Source: Burkholderiales bacterium (GTDB lineage: Bacteria > Pseudomonadota > Gammaproteobacteria > Burkholderiales > Burkholderiaceae_D). From it: a DNA stretch of 64,000 bases. The position numbers and the translations under genes were made by a program. A model generated the notes under the pieces. That model ran no database searches. It had not been told where the DNA came from and saw nothing but the letters and a program-made list of their open reading frames with translations. This document shows positions 1-10,273 of this stretch, piece by piece. The stretch's first letter is position 1, and each line of letters opens with the position of its first letter. The stretch spans positions 28,726-92,725 of the forward strand of contig JBBSGB010000010.1 of NCBI GenBank assembly GCA_038254545.1. Reading direction: 5' to 3'.

Positions 1-196
1 CGAGCACGACCACGTCGAACTTGTCGTCGGCGCGATAGACGGTCTCCTGCGCCGACTCGGTCAGCAGGTTCTTCATCTTCATCTTGACGACGGCGGAGTT
101 GCGGCCGGACTTGTTGTAATCGGCCTTCTGCACGACCATCGGGTCGCGGCCGACCATGATCACATTGCCGGCGCGAATTTCTTGAGCGGTTTTCAT
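1..196 (-). CDS. efp: Elongation factor P, N-terminal part (gene continues beyond the left edge)
   Basis: Reverse translation from ATG 194-196 reads [45 protein letters not shown]... This is EF-P domain I with Arg at position 32 (KSGR32N loop), the EarP-modified subclass. It is absent from the ORF track because it is truncated. Confidence 0.9.
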   Translation of the reverse strand, partial: MKTAQEIRAGNVIMVGRDPMVVQKADYNKSGRNSAVVKMKMKNLLTESAQETVYRADDKFDVVVL

Positions 197-258
197 CGGT
201 ACGAGTCAGTTGGAGAGAAGAGGTTCGGCAGCCTTGAACCCGGCCGGCCGAAAACCCG

Positions 259-1455
259 TCATTTTAGCAAGGCGCCGCGGCGTTCCGCGACGAAGGCAGC
301 GAGACTATCGACCAGACCCGGCTGCGACGCGAGGCTTTGGCGCCACACCTGGGCATGCGCCGAAAGCTCCGGCAGTTGGTCGCACCAGCGCGCCCACGCG
401 TAAGTGAAGTCCGGCCCTTGCGTGTTCCACGCATGCCAAAGCGCCTGTTGCGCGTCGCGCGCGGCCTGCGGCAGGCCGGCTTCGTAGCGTTCTTCGAACG
501 CGTCCAGTTTCTTCATGTGCGCGTCGTCCGCCTGAGGATAGATGTGCCAGACGAAAGGCCGAGCCGCCCATTGCGCACGTACGAACGAATCTTCGCCGCG
601 CACGAAATTGATGTCGCAGCTCCACAGCAGGCGGTCGAAGTCGTCCTGATCGACGAAAGGGATGGTGATGATCGAAAGCGAGCCGCGCTCTTCGATGTCG
701 AGGCCGGTGCCGGTTTCTGCCGACAGGACGCCTTCAGGCACGACCACCGACCATCGTCGATCGCGATCCTCGCTCATCGCCTGGAAGAGCGGTTCGAATG
801 GCGCACTGGAATAGACGAACAGCGACACGCGCATCTCGCCCGCGATGGGCAGGTGAACCCGCAGGCGCCGCCAGAAAGCCTCGACCTGTTCGCCGTCTTC
901 GATGAAGGCACGCCGTCGGTCTTCGAGGCCCGCCTCGATCGGCAGCCCGCCCGATTCCTCGCCGAAGCCCGGATAGAAGAAGTATTTGACCAGCGGCAGC
1001 GTCCGATGCGGCGATGGCAGGCGATGGAAATCGTCGACCCATGCTTCTGCGCTCAAGTATTCAAGATCGATCCAGACCGGCGGTTGATGGCCTGCCTGCT
1101 CGACCTCGTGCGCCATCGCATCGACGTAGGCCTGCGGCAATCCACACCCGAACAGTTCGATCACGGCATCTGCAGGTTCGATACCGGCCGAACCGTACGG
1201 TGACCATCGCGACACTTCGATGGCGTCGATGTGCTGACGTTGCGCATCTCGATCGATGCGCGGCTCGATGCGCGTGAACGCGGCCAAATCATCGATCCAG
1301 AGGCGCACCGAACGTCGTGCATCGCTGGCCAGTTGCCGTGCGAGCCGCCATGCGACGCCGATGTCGCCGTAGTTGTCGATGACGCGGCAGAACAGATCCC
1401 AGGACTCGAGGTCGGCATCCTGCGCGGCGTCGCGTCTTTCGCCCTCCGAGTTCAC
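259..1455 (-). CDS. earP: EF-P arginine-32 rhamnosyltransferase EarP (DUF2331)
   Basis: The 398-aa ORF contains WDLFCRVIDNYGDIGVAWRLARQLA, the hallmark EarP N-terminal motif. It lies directly upstream of an R32-type efp. The only in-frame start is GTG 1453-1455, which overlaps the nagZ stop (GTGA). Confidence 0.9.
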   Translation of the reverse strand: MNSEGERRDAAQDADLESWDLFCRVIDNYGDIGVAWRLARQLASDARRSVRLWIDDLAAFTRIEPRIDRDAQRQHIDAIEVSRWSPYGSAGIEPADAVIELFGCGLPQAYVDAMAHEVEQAGHQPPVWIDLEYLSAEAWVDDFHRLPSPHRTLPLVKYFFYPGFGEESGGLPIEAGLEDRRRAFIEDGEQVEAFWRRLRVHLPIAGEMRVSLFVYSSAPFEPLFQAMSEDRDRRWSVVVPEGVLSAETGTGLDIEERGSLSIITIPFVDQDDFDRLLWSCDINFVRGEDSFVRAQWAARPFVWHIYPQADDAHMKKLDAFEERYEAGLPQAARDAQQALWHAWNTQGPDFTYAWARWCDQLPELSAHAQVWRQSLASQPGLVDSLAAFVAERRGALLK

Positions 1456-2495
1456 GTCGCTAGCAGGCGCGCTTCGCGCAACACCGCGAGTGACTGCTGG
1501 TAGCGCGGATCGTCGCGCACGTCGCCTGAGAAGGCGCGCGCGCGCAAGGCTTGCAAGCGGCGCTGGGAGCGCGCGTCACGAATGTCTTCGAGCCGGTCGA
1601 GCAATGCGTCGGCCCGCTCGGAGTCATTGCACATGAGAACCACGTCGCATCCGGCTTCGAGCGCAGCCCGGCCGGCCGCGACCACGTCGCCGGCGACACT
1701 CGCGGCTTCCATCGAGAGGTCGTCGCTGAAGATCGCGCCTTCGAATCCGAGGCGGCCGCGCAGGATGTCCTGCAACCAGACCGACGAGAAGCCTGCCGGC
1801 TTGCTGTCCACGGCAGGATAGATCACGTGCGCGGGCATGACCGACGCGAGCGCCGGCGTCAGCCACGCATAAGGCATCGCATCGTCCGCGAGGATCGTCT
1901 CGAGATCACGGTCGTCGACCGGGATCGCAACGTGCGAGTCGGCTGCGACGTATCCGTGCCCCGGAAAATGCTTGCCGCAGTTCGCCATGCCTGCGAGCAG
2001 AAGACCGTGTATCAGGCTCTTGGCAAGCAAGCCCACGACGCGTGGATCGCGATGGAAGGCGCGGTCGCCGATCACGCCGCTCGGGCCGTGATCGAGATCG
2101 AGCACGGGCGTGAACGAGAGATCGATGCCGCATGCAACGAGATCAGCCGCCAGGATGAAGCCGACCGCGGTGGCCGCACGCGTAGCGGTCAAGGCGCCGC
2201 TCGCCGCGTCGCCGTTCCACAGTGCCCCGAGGCTGCGCATGGTCGGCAGCAGCACGAAGCCATCGCTACAAAAGCGTTGCACGCGACCGCCCTCATGATC
2301 GACGGCGATCAGCAGTCCCGGCCGCAACGTGCGCATAGCCTTGACCAGCGCGCAGAGCTGCACGCGGCTTTCGAAATTGCGTGCGAACAGGATCACGCCG
2401 CCGGTCTTCGGGTGTGCGATGCGGCGTCTATCGTCGACGGTCAGGGTCGTCGATGCGACATCGAGCATCACGGGGCCGAGCGAGGTCTTGTTCAT
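1452..2495 (-). CDS. nagZ: Beta-N-acetylhexosaminidase NagZ (GH3, peptidoglycan recycling)
   Basis: GH3 NagZ blocks are present: [33 protein letters not shown] chose ATG 2493-2495 ([13 protein letters not shown]) rather than the track start at 2636. There is a 4-nt overlap with the acpS stop. Confidence 0.9.
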   Translation of the reverse strand: MNKTSLGPVMLDVASTTLTVDDRRRIAHPKTGGVILFARNFESRVQLCALVKAMRTLRPGLLIAVDHEGGRVQRFCSDGFVLLPTMRSLGALWNGDAASGALTATRAATAVGFILAADLVACGIDLSFTPVLDLDHGPSGVIGDRAFHRDPRVVGLLAKSLIHGLLLAGMANCGKHFPGHGYVAADSHVAIPVDDRDLETILADDAMPYAWLTPALASVMPAHVIYPAVDSKPAGFSSVWLQDILRGRLGFEGAIFSDDLSMEAASVAGDVVAAGRAALEAGCDVVLMCNDSERADALLDRLEDIRDARSQRRLQALRARAFSGDVRDDPRYQQSLAVLREARLLAT

Positions 2496-2962
2496 GAGGC
2501 TGGAATCGATGAGGACTGTGGATCGATCTGCGCATCGACGCGCGCGTCGACTCTCTCGATGACCGCGAACGCGACCGCGTAGTCGGCGTCGTCGGTCACC
2601 GTGACGTGCGCGATCAACGAGCGCTCGCGCATCCATGCCGACAACACCTCGTCGGTGGCGACGTGCGGCTTGCCCGAGATTTCCTTGAGGATCTGCGCTG
2701 CGCGCCAGCGCATCGGCATGCGCATGCCCAGGCCGAGCGCCTTCGAGATCGCTTCCTTGGCGGCAAAGCGCGTCGCGAGGAACGTGATGCCGCGCGAGGT
2801 TTCATACGCACTCGCGTGCGCGTGATCACGGGCGCTGCGACGGCGATAGATGGCCATCTCTTCAGGTCCGAGTATGCGTTCGACGAAGCGATCGCCGTGA
2901 CGGTCGAAAGCCGCGCGTATGCGATCGACCTTCTGGATGTCGGTGCCGATGCCGAAGATCAT
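2492..2962 (-). CDS. acpS: Holo-[acyl-carrier-protein] synthase
   Basis: The C-terminal 156 codons of the track ORF read [15 protein letters not shown]...[13 protein letters not shown], typical AcpS. ATG 2960-2962 overlaps the pdxJ stop (ATGA). Confidence 0.9.
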   Translation of the reverse strand: MIFGIGTDIQKVDRIRAAFDRHGDRFVERILGPEEMAIYRRRSARDHAHASAYETSRGITFLATRFAAKEAISKALGLGMRMPMRWRAAQILKEISGKPHVATDEVLSAWMRERSLIAHVTVTDDADYAVAFAVIERVDARVDAQIDPQSSSIPAS

Positions 2963-3762
2963 CGCGAGGCTTTTCCGACTGGCATCGACGCGCGATCGAT
3001 GCATGCGAGATACGCCCGCACCGTCGCCGCGAGCCCCAGTTCGAGCGCATCGGCGATCAGGGCATGGCCGATCGAGACTTCCGCCACGGCCGGCACCGCT
3101 TCGAGGAAAACGGCGAGATTGTCGCGATTCAGGTCGTGGCCTGCGTTGACCTTCAAACCGGCCGCGAGCGCCGCGCGTGCACCGTCGACGAAGCGCGCGA
3201 GCGTCTCGTCCTGTGACTGTGTTCCGTAGGCGCGCGCATAGCTTTCGGTGTAGAGCTCGATGCGATCGGCGCCGACGTCGGCGGCACGCTTCATGGCCGA
3301 TGCCGCGGGGTCCATGAAGAGGCTGACGCGCACGCCCAGGCCGTGCGCTTCTTCGATCAAGGGCCTCAGGCGCTCGGCATCGATATCGAGATTCCATCCA
3401 TGATCGCTGGTCGCCTGTTCGACGCTGTCAGGCACGAACGTGCATTGCTGCGGCCGCACCGCGCGCACGAAGTCCATCAGGTTATGGAAGGGATTGCCTT
3501 CGATGTTGTACTCGGCGCGCGGCCAGTCCTTCAGCAGCGCGGCAAGGTCTTGCACGTCGCCTGCGCGGATGTGTCTTTCGTCGGGGCGCGGATGCACGGT
3601 GATGCCCGAGGCACCGGCGTCGAGTGCGAGGGTCGCCGCGCGCGTCACGCTCGGGATCGTGAGCGCGCGCGTATTTCGCAACAGCGCGACCTTGTTGAGA
3701 TTGACCGACAACGCGGTGCGCGTGTCTGCATCCGGACTCTCGGCAGCGACCAATGGATTCAT
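2959..3762 (-). CDS. pdxJ: Pyridoxine 5'-phosphate synthase
   Basis: 267 aa, with [27 protein letters not shown] and [13 protein letters not shown], which are PdxJ signature blocks. The ATGA overlaps the recO stop. Confidence 0.93.
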   Translation of the reverse strand: MNPLVAAESPDADTRTALSVNLNKVALLRNTRALTIPSVTRAATLALDAGASGITVHPRPDERHIRAGDVQDLAALLKDWPRAEYNIEGNPFHNLMDFVRAVRPQQCTFVPDSVEQATSDHGWNLDIDAERLRPLIEEAHGLGVRVSLFMDPAASAMKRAADVGADRIELYTESYARAYGTQSQDETLARFVDGARAALAAGLKVNAGHDLNRDNLAVFLEAVPAVAEVSIGHALIADALELGLAATVRAYLACIDRASMPVGKASR

Positions 3763-4685
3763 CGCCTTGTTCCTTCTTCCAGCGATTGCAGGTCGAGCAT
3801 CATGCGTCGGGTGTGCAACACCTGACCCTGCATGTGGTGCTGCAGAACGAATCGCATCAGCGTCTTGGCCTGCGCCAGCGTGACGGGGTCGCTGTAATCC
3901 TCGGCTTCAATGTCGAGCAACGTCTTGCCGAGGATCAGGGTGTCGTCGTCGCCGGCACCGCGATTGGCAAATGGGTGCCCGTCGTCGCCATCGACACGGA
4001 TCGGTCCCTGCTCGGGCACGTAGCGATAAAACGCTGTCGATTCGACGGCTTCACCGCTGGCGGTCTGGCTGAGCCGCAACGCATAGCCGGCTCCGCGCAA
4101 CAGCACGCCTTCGAAGTGGCGCAGCACCGGCGCTGCGGGACCGTCGTCATCGGCCAATGCCGCGAGCGCCTCGTGATAGGCGTCGAACAAGGCTTCGTGT
4201 GGATCATCGCGCGCAAGCAATTTCTGGATCAGTTCATTCAGGTAGAAGCCCGACATCAGCGCGTCGCCGCGCAACGGCGGCAATCCTCCGGTCCATTCGG
4301 CGCGCGTCAAGGTCCGCAGGTCGCTGCCGCCGTGGGCGCTCGTGATTGCGCTCGTTGCCGCGCGCGAACGCGCCTGCACCCAACTGATGGTCAAAGGGGA
4401 AAACGCGAGCAGCACGCCACGCAATGCCGATCGCGGTCGCTTAGCGCCGCGCGCGACCAGTGCCACGCGGCCGTGATGCCGCGTGAGCGCATCGACGATC
4501 AGGCTGGTCTCCTTGTACGGATAACTGTGGAGTACGAACGCGGCTTCGTCACCGATGCGGGTTTCGGACCGCGGTGCGCGCGATCGGGCACGTGGTGCAA
4601 CACGTTGCGGCGCTCCGGTCTCCACTTCCGACTCGGTTGCAGATTCCACGAGCGAAGCTACGGCGGTGGCGTGGGCCTCACTCAT
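3759..4685 (-). CDS. recO: DNA repair protein RecO
   Basis: Contains AFVLHSYPYKETSLIVDALTRHHGRVALVARGAKRPRS (RecO OB-fold). I chose ATG 4683-4685, which is 2 nt after the era stop. An alternative GTG at 4712 would overlap era. The acidic, Ala-rich N-terminal extension is about 48 aa. Confidence 0.85.
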   Translation of the reverse strand: MSEAHATAVASLVESATESEVETGAPQRVAPRARSRAPRSETRIGDEAAFVLHSYPYKETSLIVDALTRHHGRVALVARGAKRPRSALRGVLLAFSPLTISWVQARSRAATSAITSAHGGSDLRTLTRAEWTGGLPPLRGDALMSGFYLNELIQKLLARDDPHEALFDAYHEALAALADDDGPAAPVLRHFEGVLLRGAGYALRLSQTASGEAVESTAFYRYVPEQGPIRVDGDDGHPFANRGAGDDDTLILGKTLLDIEAEDYSDPVTLAQAKTLMRFVLQHHMQGQVLHTRRMMLDLQSLEEGTRR

Positions 4686-5601
4686 ACCCGAACGACTTGA
4701 CGAGCGCGGCACTGTCGGCCCAACCCGACCTCACCTTGACCCACAGCTCGAGGTGGCTGCGCGCATCGAGCAGCTTCTCGATGTCGACGCGCGCTTCGCT
4801 GCCGATCTGCTTGAGCTTGGCGCCGCCGGGTCCGATCAGCATCGCCTTGTGGTTGGCGCGCTCGACCACGATGGACGCCGCGATACGGCAGAAGCGGCCG
4901 CCATGCGGAGACGGCTCCTCGATGAAGCGGTCGATGATGACCGTCATGCCATACGGCAGCTCGTCGCCGAGCTGGCGAAAGACCTTCTCGCGGATCAACT
5001 CGGACACAAGGAAGCGTTCGCTGCGGTCGGTGAGATGGTCGGCGTCGAACAGCGGCTGTCCGACCGGCAAGAGGGCTTCGATTTCCTTGAACAAGGGTTC
5101 GATCTGCAAGCCGGTCTTCGCCGAGATGGGAACGATCGCGGCCCACGCATGCTGCGGCGCTCGCGCCTGCAGGTATGGCAGAAGGCTCGCCTTGTCGTCG
5201 AGTGTGTCGGTCTTGTTGACGACCAGGATCACCGGCACATCGGCGAGCAGCATCTCGAGCACGATCAGATCGTCGGGCCCGAAGCGGCCGGCCTCGACCA
5301 CGAACAATATGCATGCGACGCCGGCGATTCCGTCGCGCACCGCGCGGTGCATGGACTTGTGCAGCACGCTCTTGTGCCTGATCTGCACGCCGGGCGTATC
5401 GACGAAGATGAACTGCGCGGTCGCCGTCGTCGTGACGCCGACGATGCGGTGGCGTGTGGTCTGCGCCTTCCGCGACGTGATGCTGATCTTCTGGCCGACG
5501 AGGCGATTGAGCAAGGTGGATTTGCCGACGTTGGGCCGCCCGATGATGGCGATCATTCCGCAGCGAAAGTCCGGCAGAAATTGCGCCCGTTCGATGGTCA
5601 T
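4678..5601 (-). CDS. era: GTPase Era
   Basis: GRPNVGKSTLLN (G1), DTPG (G3), NKTD (G4) and a C-terminal KH domain are present. I chose ATG 5599-5601 (MTIERAQF...), downstream of the rnc stop. Confidence 0.93.
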   Translation of the reverse strand: MTIERAQFLPDFRCGMIAIIGRPNVGKSTLLNRLVGQKISITSRKAQTTRHRIVGVTTTATAQFIFVDTPGVQIRHKSVLHKSMHRAVRDGIAGVACILFVVEAGRFGPDDLIVLEMLLADVPVILVVNKTDTLDDKASLLPYLQARAPQHAWAAIVPISAKTGLQIEPLFKEIEALLPVGQPLFDADHLTDRSERFLVSELIREKVFRQLGDELPYGMTVIIDRFIEEPSPHGGRFCRIAASIVVERANHKAMLIGPGGAKLKQIGSEARVDIEKLLDARSHLELWVKVRSGWADSAALVKSFGYE

Positions 5602-5632
5602 CGCGGCGCCCTCGGCGCCCGGTTCGACGGGC

Positions 5633-6859
5633 TCAGGCAACACGGACCTTCGGCGACCGCGGCAGCTCGGCGAGCGGTTCGCCGGAGACCTGCGTCAACA
5701 TGCTGCCGGTGACTTCGTTCGGAGCTGCAGACGGGGCGCCCTGTCCATTCTTCGAAGCATCGTCGGTTTCCGACCCGTCGTTCGCGCGTGGTACTGCCTT
5801 GACTTCGGGCCTTGCGTCGGTCTTGACTTCGGACTTGGTGTCCGCCTTGATTTCGGGCTTGGCGTCCGCTTTGGCGTCGGGCTTCATGGCCTTCATATCC
5901 TTCAGCTTCGACACCGCGGTCGCGTCGCTCGCCGCTTGACGACTGCTTGCACTTGCAACGATGCGCGCGGGCTCGATCGGCGCGGCCGCCTTGGTCGATG
6001 TGCGATCGAGCGAAGGCTTTGCAAGCGTCGCGTCCGCTTCGCGTGGCTTGGGCTCGGGTGCCTTTCGAGTCGAGGCCGCGGCAAGGCTTGCGCCATCGGC
6101 GGGCCCGGTCTCCGGACTCTGCTCGACCGACACCGGCAAACTGAGCTGCGCCGATTTTGCGCGGCGCGCGCGCTTGGTGGCTGCGCCCGTCAAGGCCTGC
6201 GCGGCTTCGAGCGCTTTCTTGGCGGCGGCCTGCTCGGCCGCACGGCGGCTGCCGCCCGCGCCCAGCACCTGGATGGCAAGCTTGGCGACCGCGCATTCGA
6301 CTTCGAATTCCTGACTGTGGGCAGCGCCATGCGTGGCCACCACCGTATAGACCGGCAGTGCAATCTTTCGTCCCTGCAGATATTCCTGGAGCAAGGTCTT
6401 GGCATCCTTGCCGAGCGTCTTCGGATCGACCGTGTCGAGCACCGGTTGGTAGAGGCGCTTGATCATGCGTCGCGCCACGTCGAATCCGGCGTCAAGAAAG
6501 ACGGCGCCGAACAGCGCTTCGACGGTGTCGGCAAGTATCGAAGGTCGCCGAAAGCCACCGCTCTTCAACTCGCCTTCCCCCAGGCGCAGATGCTGGCTCA
6601 GTTCGAGACGCTGCGCGATCTCGTAGAGCGACTGCTGTTTGACGAGGTTGGCGCGCAAGCGCGAGAGGTCGCCCTCGTCGATCTTCGAGAATTTGTCGAA
6701 CAGCAGCGAAGCGATCACGCAATTGAGCACGCTGTCGCCCAGAAACTCGAGGCGCTCGTTGTGCGCCACGCTGTGGCTGCGATGGGTCAGCGCCTGAGAC
6801 AGCAATTCCTTCGAGGCGAACTCGTGCCCCAGGGCAGTCTGTAACGCTTGGACATCCAT
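5633..6859 (-). CDS. rnc: Ribonuclease III with a long low-complexity C-terminal extension
   Basis: The RNase III signature [13 protein letters not shown] and a dsRBD (KTLLQEYLQ...[13 protein letters not shown]) fill the first ~225 aa. About 183 further codons of A/K/P/S/D-rich sequence follow in the same frame. Confidence 0.92.
   Translation of the reverse strand: MDVQALQTALGHEFASKELLSQALTHRSHSVAHNERLEFLGDSVLNCVIASLLFDKFSKIDEGDLSRLRANLVKQQSLYEIAQRLELSQHLRLGEGELKSGGFRRPSILADTVEALFGAVFLDAGFDVARRMIKRLYQPVLDTVDPKTLGKDAKTLLQEYLQGRKIALPVYTVVATHGAAHSQEFEVECAVAKLAIQVLGAGGSRRAAEQAAAKKALEAAQALTGAATKRARRAKSAQLSLPVSVEQSPETGPADGASLAAASTRKAPEPKPREADATLAKPSLDRTSTKAAAPIEPARIVASASSRQAASDATAVSKLKDMKAMKPDAKADAKPEIKADTKSEVKTDARPEVKAVPRANDGSETDDASKNGQGAPSAAPNEVTGSMLTQVSGEPLAELPRSPKVRVA
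5795..5896 (-). repeat. Degenerate short-period coding repeat in the rnc tail ([34 protein letters not shown])
   Basis: The plus strand shows recurring cttgacttcgg / cttgatttcgg / ttggcgtc(c/g)g units. The encoded peptide is a K-x-D/E-x-K periodic block. Confidence 0.7.
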
Positions 6860-6903
6860 CGAGAGTTCGTCTTTCTAAAGCGCGTCTTTCCGAAGCGAGT
6901 CTG

Positions 6904-7299
6904 CTAGAGCGACTTGCTGGTTCCCGCGTAATCGATGGTCAAGCTGACCGGTCCGAACAGCGGGATTTTCTTCGTGTACGCGAACGACACCACGATGTCG
7001 TCGTTGACCTTGGTGATATCGAGATCCTTGCCTGACAGCACCGTGATGTCGTCGATCGCGGCCGAGCGATCGAATGCCTTTTGAATTTCGACCACAGTAT
7101 TGGCGGTGGCTTGGGCTCGCTTGATTGCCGACAAGGCCGCCCGATATTCGACGAACGTCGGCACGACGCGAAGCGCAACGATCGCCGCGAATCCGATCAA
7201 GATGACCAGCACGACGAGGCTGACCACACTGATTCCCCTTTGATGGGAAACAGCGCGGGAAACAGTGCCGAAACGCGAGCGGATGGATGAAGGAATCAA
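6904..7299 (-). CDS. DUF4845-like small membrane-anchored protein (conserved between lepB and rnc in betaproteobacteria)
   Basis: 131 aa with ...QRGISVVSLVVLVILIGFAAIVALRVVPTFVEY..., a single N-terminal TM helix. The position between lepB and rnc is typical. The start is TTG 7297-7299, 9 nt after the lepB stop. Confidence 0.7.
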   Translation of the reverse strand: MIPSSIRSRFGTVSRAVSHQRGISVVSLVVLVILIGFAAIVALRVVPTFVEYRAALSAIKRAQATANTVVEIQKAFDRSAAIDDITVLSGKDLDITKVNDDIVVSFAYTKKIPLFGPVSLTIDYAGTSKSL

Positions 7300-7308
7300 G
7301 ACTGTTCT

Positions 7309-8238
7309 CTACCGGAATGAGCCGATGCGATGGATGTTACCGAAGTTCATCCAGATGAAAAACGCTTTGCCGACAATATTCTCGTTCGGGACGAAACCCC
7401 AATAACGGCTGTCGGCGCTATTGTCGCGGTTATCGCCCATCATGAAATATTGGCCATTTGGAACCTTGCAGGTCACCGAAGTATTGCCATCTGAATAAAC
7501 GCAATTATCCCTGAACGGGAACGAATTTGGCGTTATTACGCCCGAACGTTCGTCATCGAGCAGAATCATGTGATTCACGAATCCACCGTCCGACGGCAAT
7601 TGTTCAGCGAATTGTTTGGCATAAGTCACACGCTCGGAATCGAAATAATCGGGCGCCGCGATCGTTTGCACGGTTTGCCCATTGATGCTCAATCGTTTGT
7701 TTCGATAGACGATCGTATCGCCAGGCAACCCGATCACGCGCTTGACGTAATCGACCGACGGATCGACCGGATAACGAAATACCATCACGTCGCCGCGCTG
7801 GGGCGAGCCCACGTCGAGAATCTTCTTGTTGACGATCGGCAACCGGACGCCGTACGTGAACTTGTTGACCAGGATGAGATCGCCGATCACCAGCGTCGGA
7901 ATCATCGAGCCGGAAGGAATCCGAAAGGGCTCGAAGAGAAACGACCGGAGCACGAAGACCACGAGAATGACCGGGAAGAAGCCGGCGGGGAATTCGATCC
8001 ATCCCGGTTGGCGGATCAAGCGTTCGCGAAGGCGCTCGCGCTCTTCCGTGATGGCGCGCGGGTCGATGCTCGCAGCCGTTCCCTCGGTTTCACGCAACTT
8101 GGCCTGCGTGTCGAAGTGCCGCAGCGCCGCCTCGGCCTCGGCGATGCGCCTACGACGAAGGACCAGCCGGTCGAGCAGCCAGATCGCGCCGGTCGCGACC
8201 AGCAGCCAGAACAGGATCACCGCAAAGTTGAAACTCAT
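7309..8238 (-). CDS. lepB: Signal peptidase I
   Basis: SGSMIPTL (catalytic Ser box), KRVIGLPGD (Lys box) and [16 protein letters not shown] are present. The ATGA overlaps the lepA stop. Confidence 0.93.
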   Translation of the reverse strand: MSFNFAVILFWLLVATGAIWLLDRLVLRRRRIAEAEAALRHFDTQAKLRETEGTAASIDPRAITEERERLRERLIRQPGWIEFPAGFFPVILVVFVLRSFLFEPFRIPSGSMIPTLVIGDLILVNKFTYGVRLPIVNKKILDVGSPQRGDVMVFRYPVDPSVDYVKRVIGLPGDTIVYRNKRLSINGQTVQTIAAPDYFDSERVTYAKQFAEQLPSDGGFVNHMILLDDERSGVITPNSFPFRDNCVYSDGNTSVTCKVPNGQYFMMGDNRDNSADSRYWGFVPNENIVGKAFFIWMNFGNIHRIGSFR

Positions 8239-10028
8239 TTGTCCTCCACTTGCAGGATGGCGAGAAAAGCCTCCTGAGGAATCTCGACCGATCCGACCTG
8301 CTTCATGCGTTTCTTGCCGGCCTTCTGCTTGTCAAGCAGCTTGCGTTTGCGGCTGATGTCGCCGCCGTAGCACTTCGCGATCACGTTCTTGCGCAGCGCC
8401 TTGACGTTTTCGCGCGCGATGATGTTCGAGCCGATCGCGGCCTGGATCGCGACATCGAACATCTGTCGGGGAATCAGCTCGCGCATCTTGGCTGCGACTT
8501 CGCGACCGCGATGCTGGCTGTTGGCCCGATGCACGATCACCGCGAGCGCATCGACCTTCTCGCCGTTGATCAGCATGTCGACCTTGACGACATCAGCCGC
8601 GCGGTATTCCTTGAACTCGTAATCCATCGACGCGTAGCCGCGCGACACCGACTTCAACTTGTCGAAGAAGTCGAGCACGATCTCGGCCAGCGGGATCTCG
8701 TAGGTCAGCATGACCTGACGACCGTGATAGTCCATGCCGAGCTGCGCGCCGCGCTTCTGCGTGGCGAGCGCGATCACGGAACCCACGTAATCCTTGGGCA
8801 TATAGAGCTTGACCGTGACGATCGGTTCGCGAATCTCCTCGATGCGGCCGGGGTCGGGCAGCTTCGACGGGTTCTCGATCTGGATGAGGCTGCCGTCGCG
8901 CATCAGCACCTGATAGATCACCGACGGCGCGGTGGTGATCAGGTCCATGTCGTACTCGCGCTCGAGGCGTTCCTGCACGATCTCGAGATGCAGCAGCCCC
9001 AGGAAGCCGCAGCGAAAGCCGAAGCCGAGCGCCTGCGACACTTCGGGTTCGTATTGGAGCGACGAGTCGTTCAGGCGCAGCTTCTCGAGCGCGTCGCGCA
9101 GCGCGTCGTACTGATTGCTCTCGATTGGAAAGAGGCCCGCGAAAACCTGTGGCTGCGCTTCCTTGAATCCGGGCAATGCCTGCTTGGCGGGCCGGGATGC
9201 GAGCGTCACCGTGTCACCGACCTTGGCCGCCTTCAACTCCTTGATGCCGGCGATGATGAACCCCACGCCGCCTGCCGAGAGTTGCGCACGCGACAAGGAC
9301 TTGGGCGTGAACACCCCGACCTGCTCGACCAGATGCTGCGAGCCGTTGGCCATCAAGAGGATCTTGTCGCGGGGCTTGACGACGCCGTTAAACACGCGCA
9401 CCAGCATCACCACGCCGACATAGTTGTCGAACCACGAGTCGATGATCAACGCCTGCAACGGCTCCGTAGCGGAACCGCTGGGCGGCGGGATACGCGCGAT
9501 CACGGCTTCGATGATGTCGGGCACGCCCTCGCCGGTCTTCGCGCTCGCGCGGATCGCGTCCTGCGCATCGATGCCGATCACGTCCTCGATCTCTTCGATC
9601 GCGCTTTCGGGATTGGCGCTCGGCAGATCGATCTTGTTCAGCACCGGCACCACTTCGACGTCGAGCTCGATCGCGGTGTAGCAGTTGGCAACCGTCTGTG
9701 CCTCGACACCCTGAGTCGCATCGACCACCAGCAACGCGCCTTCGCAGGCCGACAGCGAACGGCTCACCTCATACGAGAAATCGACGTGACCTGGCGTGTC
9801 GATCAGGTTGAGCTGGTAGAGCTTGCCATCGCGCGCCTTGTATTCGAGGACCGCGGTCTGCGCCTTGATGGTGATGCCGCGCTCGCGCTCGAGATCCATC
9901 GAGTCGAGCACCTGCGCTTCCATCTCGCGATCCGACAGGCCGCCGCACAACTGGATGATGCGATCGGCCAGGGTCGATTTGCCGTGATCGATATGGGCAA
10001 TGATGGAAAAGTTGCGGATCTGCTGCAT
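8235..10028 (-). CDS. lepA: Translation elongation factor 4 (LepA)
   Basis: [23 protein letters not shown]..., DTPGHVDF and NKIDL are present. At 597 aa it has normal LepA length. I chose ATG 10026-10028 rather than the track start at 10133. Confidence 0.95.
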   Translation of the reverse strand: MQQIRNFSIIAHIDHGKSTLADRIIQLCGGLSDREMEAQVLDSMDLERERGITIKAQTAVLEYKARDGKLYQLNLIDTPGHVDFSYEVSRSLSACEGALLVVDATQGVEAQTVANCYTAIELDVEVVPVLNKIDLPSANPESAIEEIEDVIGIDAQDAIRASAKTGEGVPDIIEAVIARIPPPSGSATEPLQALIIDSWFDNYVGVVMLVRVFNGVVKPRDKILLMANGSQHLVEQVGVFTPKSLSRAQLSAGGVGFIIAGIKELKAAKVGDTVTLASRPAKQALPGFKEAQPQVFAGLFPIESNQYDALRDALEKLRLNDSSLQYEPEVSQALGFGFRCGFLGLLHLEIVQERLEREYDMDLITTAPSVIYQVLMRDGSLIQIENPSKLPDPGRIEEIREPIVTVKLYMPKDYVGSVIALATQKRGAQLGMDYHGRQVMLTYEIPLAEIVLDFFDKLKSVSRGYASMDYEFKEYRAADVVKVDMLINGEKVDALAVIVHRANSQHRGREVAAKMRELIPRQMFDVAIQAAIGSNIIARENVKALRKNVIAKCYGGDISRKRKLLDKQKAGKKRMKQVGSVEIPQEAFLAILQVEDK

Positions 10029-10130
10029 CGATGAATGAGAACTGGGGAGCACTGCGTGCGGAGCATTGCGCGGCGCGAAGCGTTGATCGAGTCGATGGAC
10101 CCGAACTGAAAATGCCGGGATGGCGGGCAA

Positions 10131-10165
10131 CAAAAAAGGGGGCCGCGCACGGTCGGCTCCCCTTT
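10131..10165 (-). terminator. Rho-independent terminator downstream of mucD
   Basis: On the minus-strand RNA: GGGG(A)GCCG-8 nt loop-CGGCCCCC followed by UUUUUU. It lies ~108 nt after the mucD stop. Confidence 0.7.
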
Positions 10166-10273
10166 TGCCAAGCCCGCGATTTTACCCGAAGCGGCGTCTG
10201 ATTCCCGAACGACGAAACCGCGACGCCAATCCAGGCTGCGCAATGGTACGTAGCGCCCACGCAGACCGCGCGG

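Noticed and set aside
4574-6844. 756-aa plus-strand ORF across era and rnc, and similar long ORFs at 8250-10034 (+), 24182-26290 (+), 25665-27212 (-), 27205-29271 (+), 35943-37442 (-), 32274-33872 (-) and 37794-38837 (-)
   Set aside because: All are antisense or out of frame relative to genes with clear family signatures. Their products are Arg/Ala/Gly-rich with no motifs, as expected from stop-codon depletion in GC-rich DNA.
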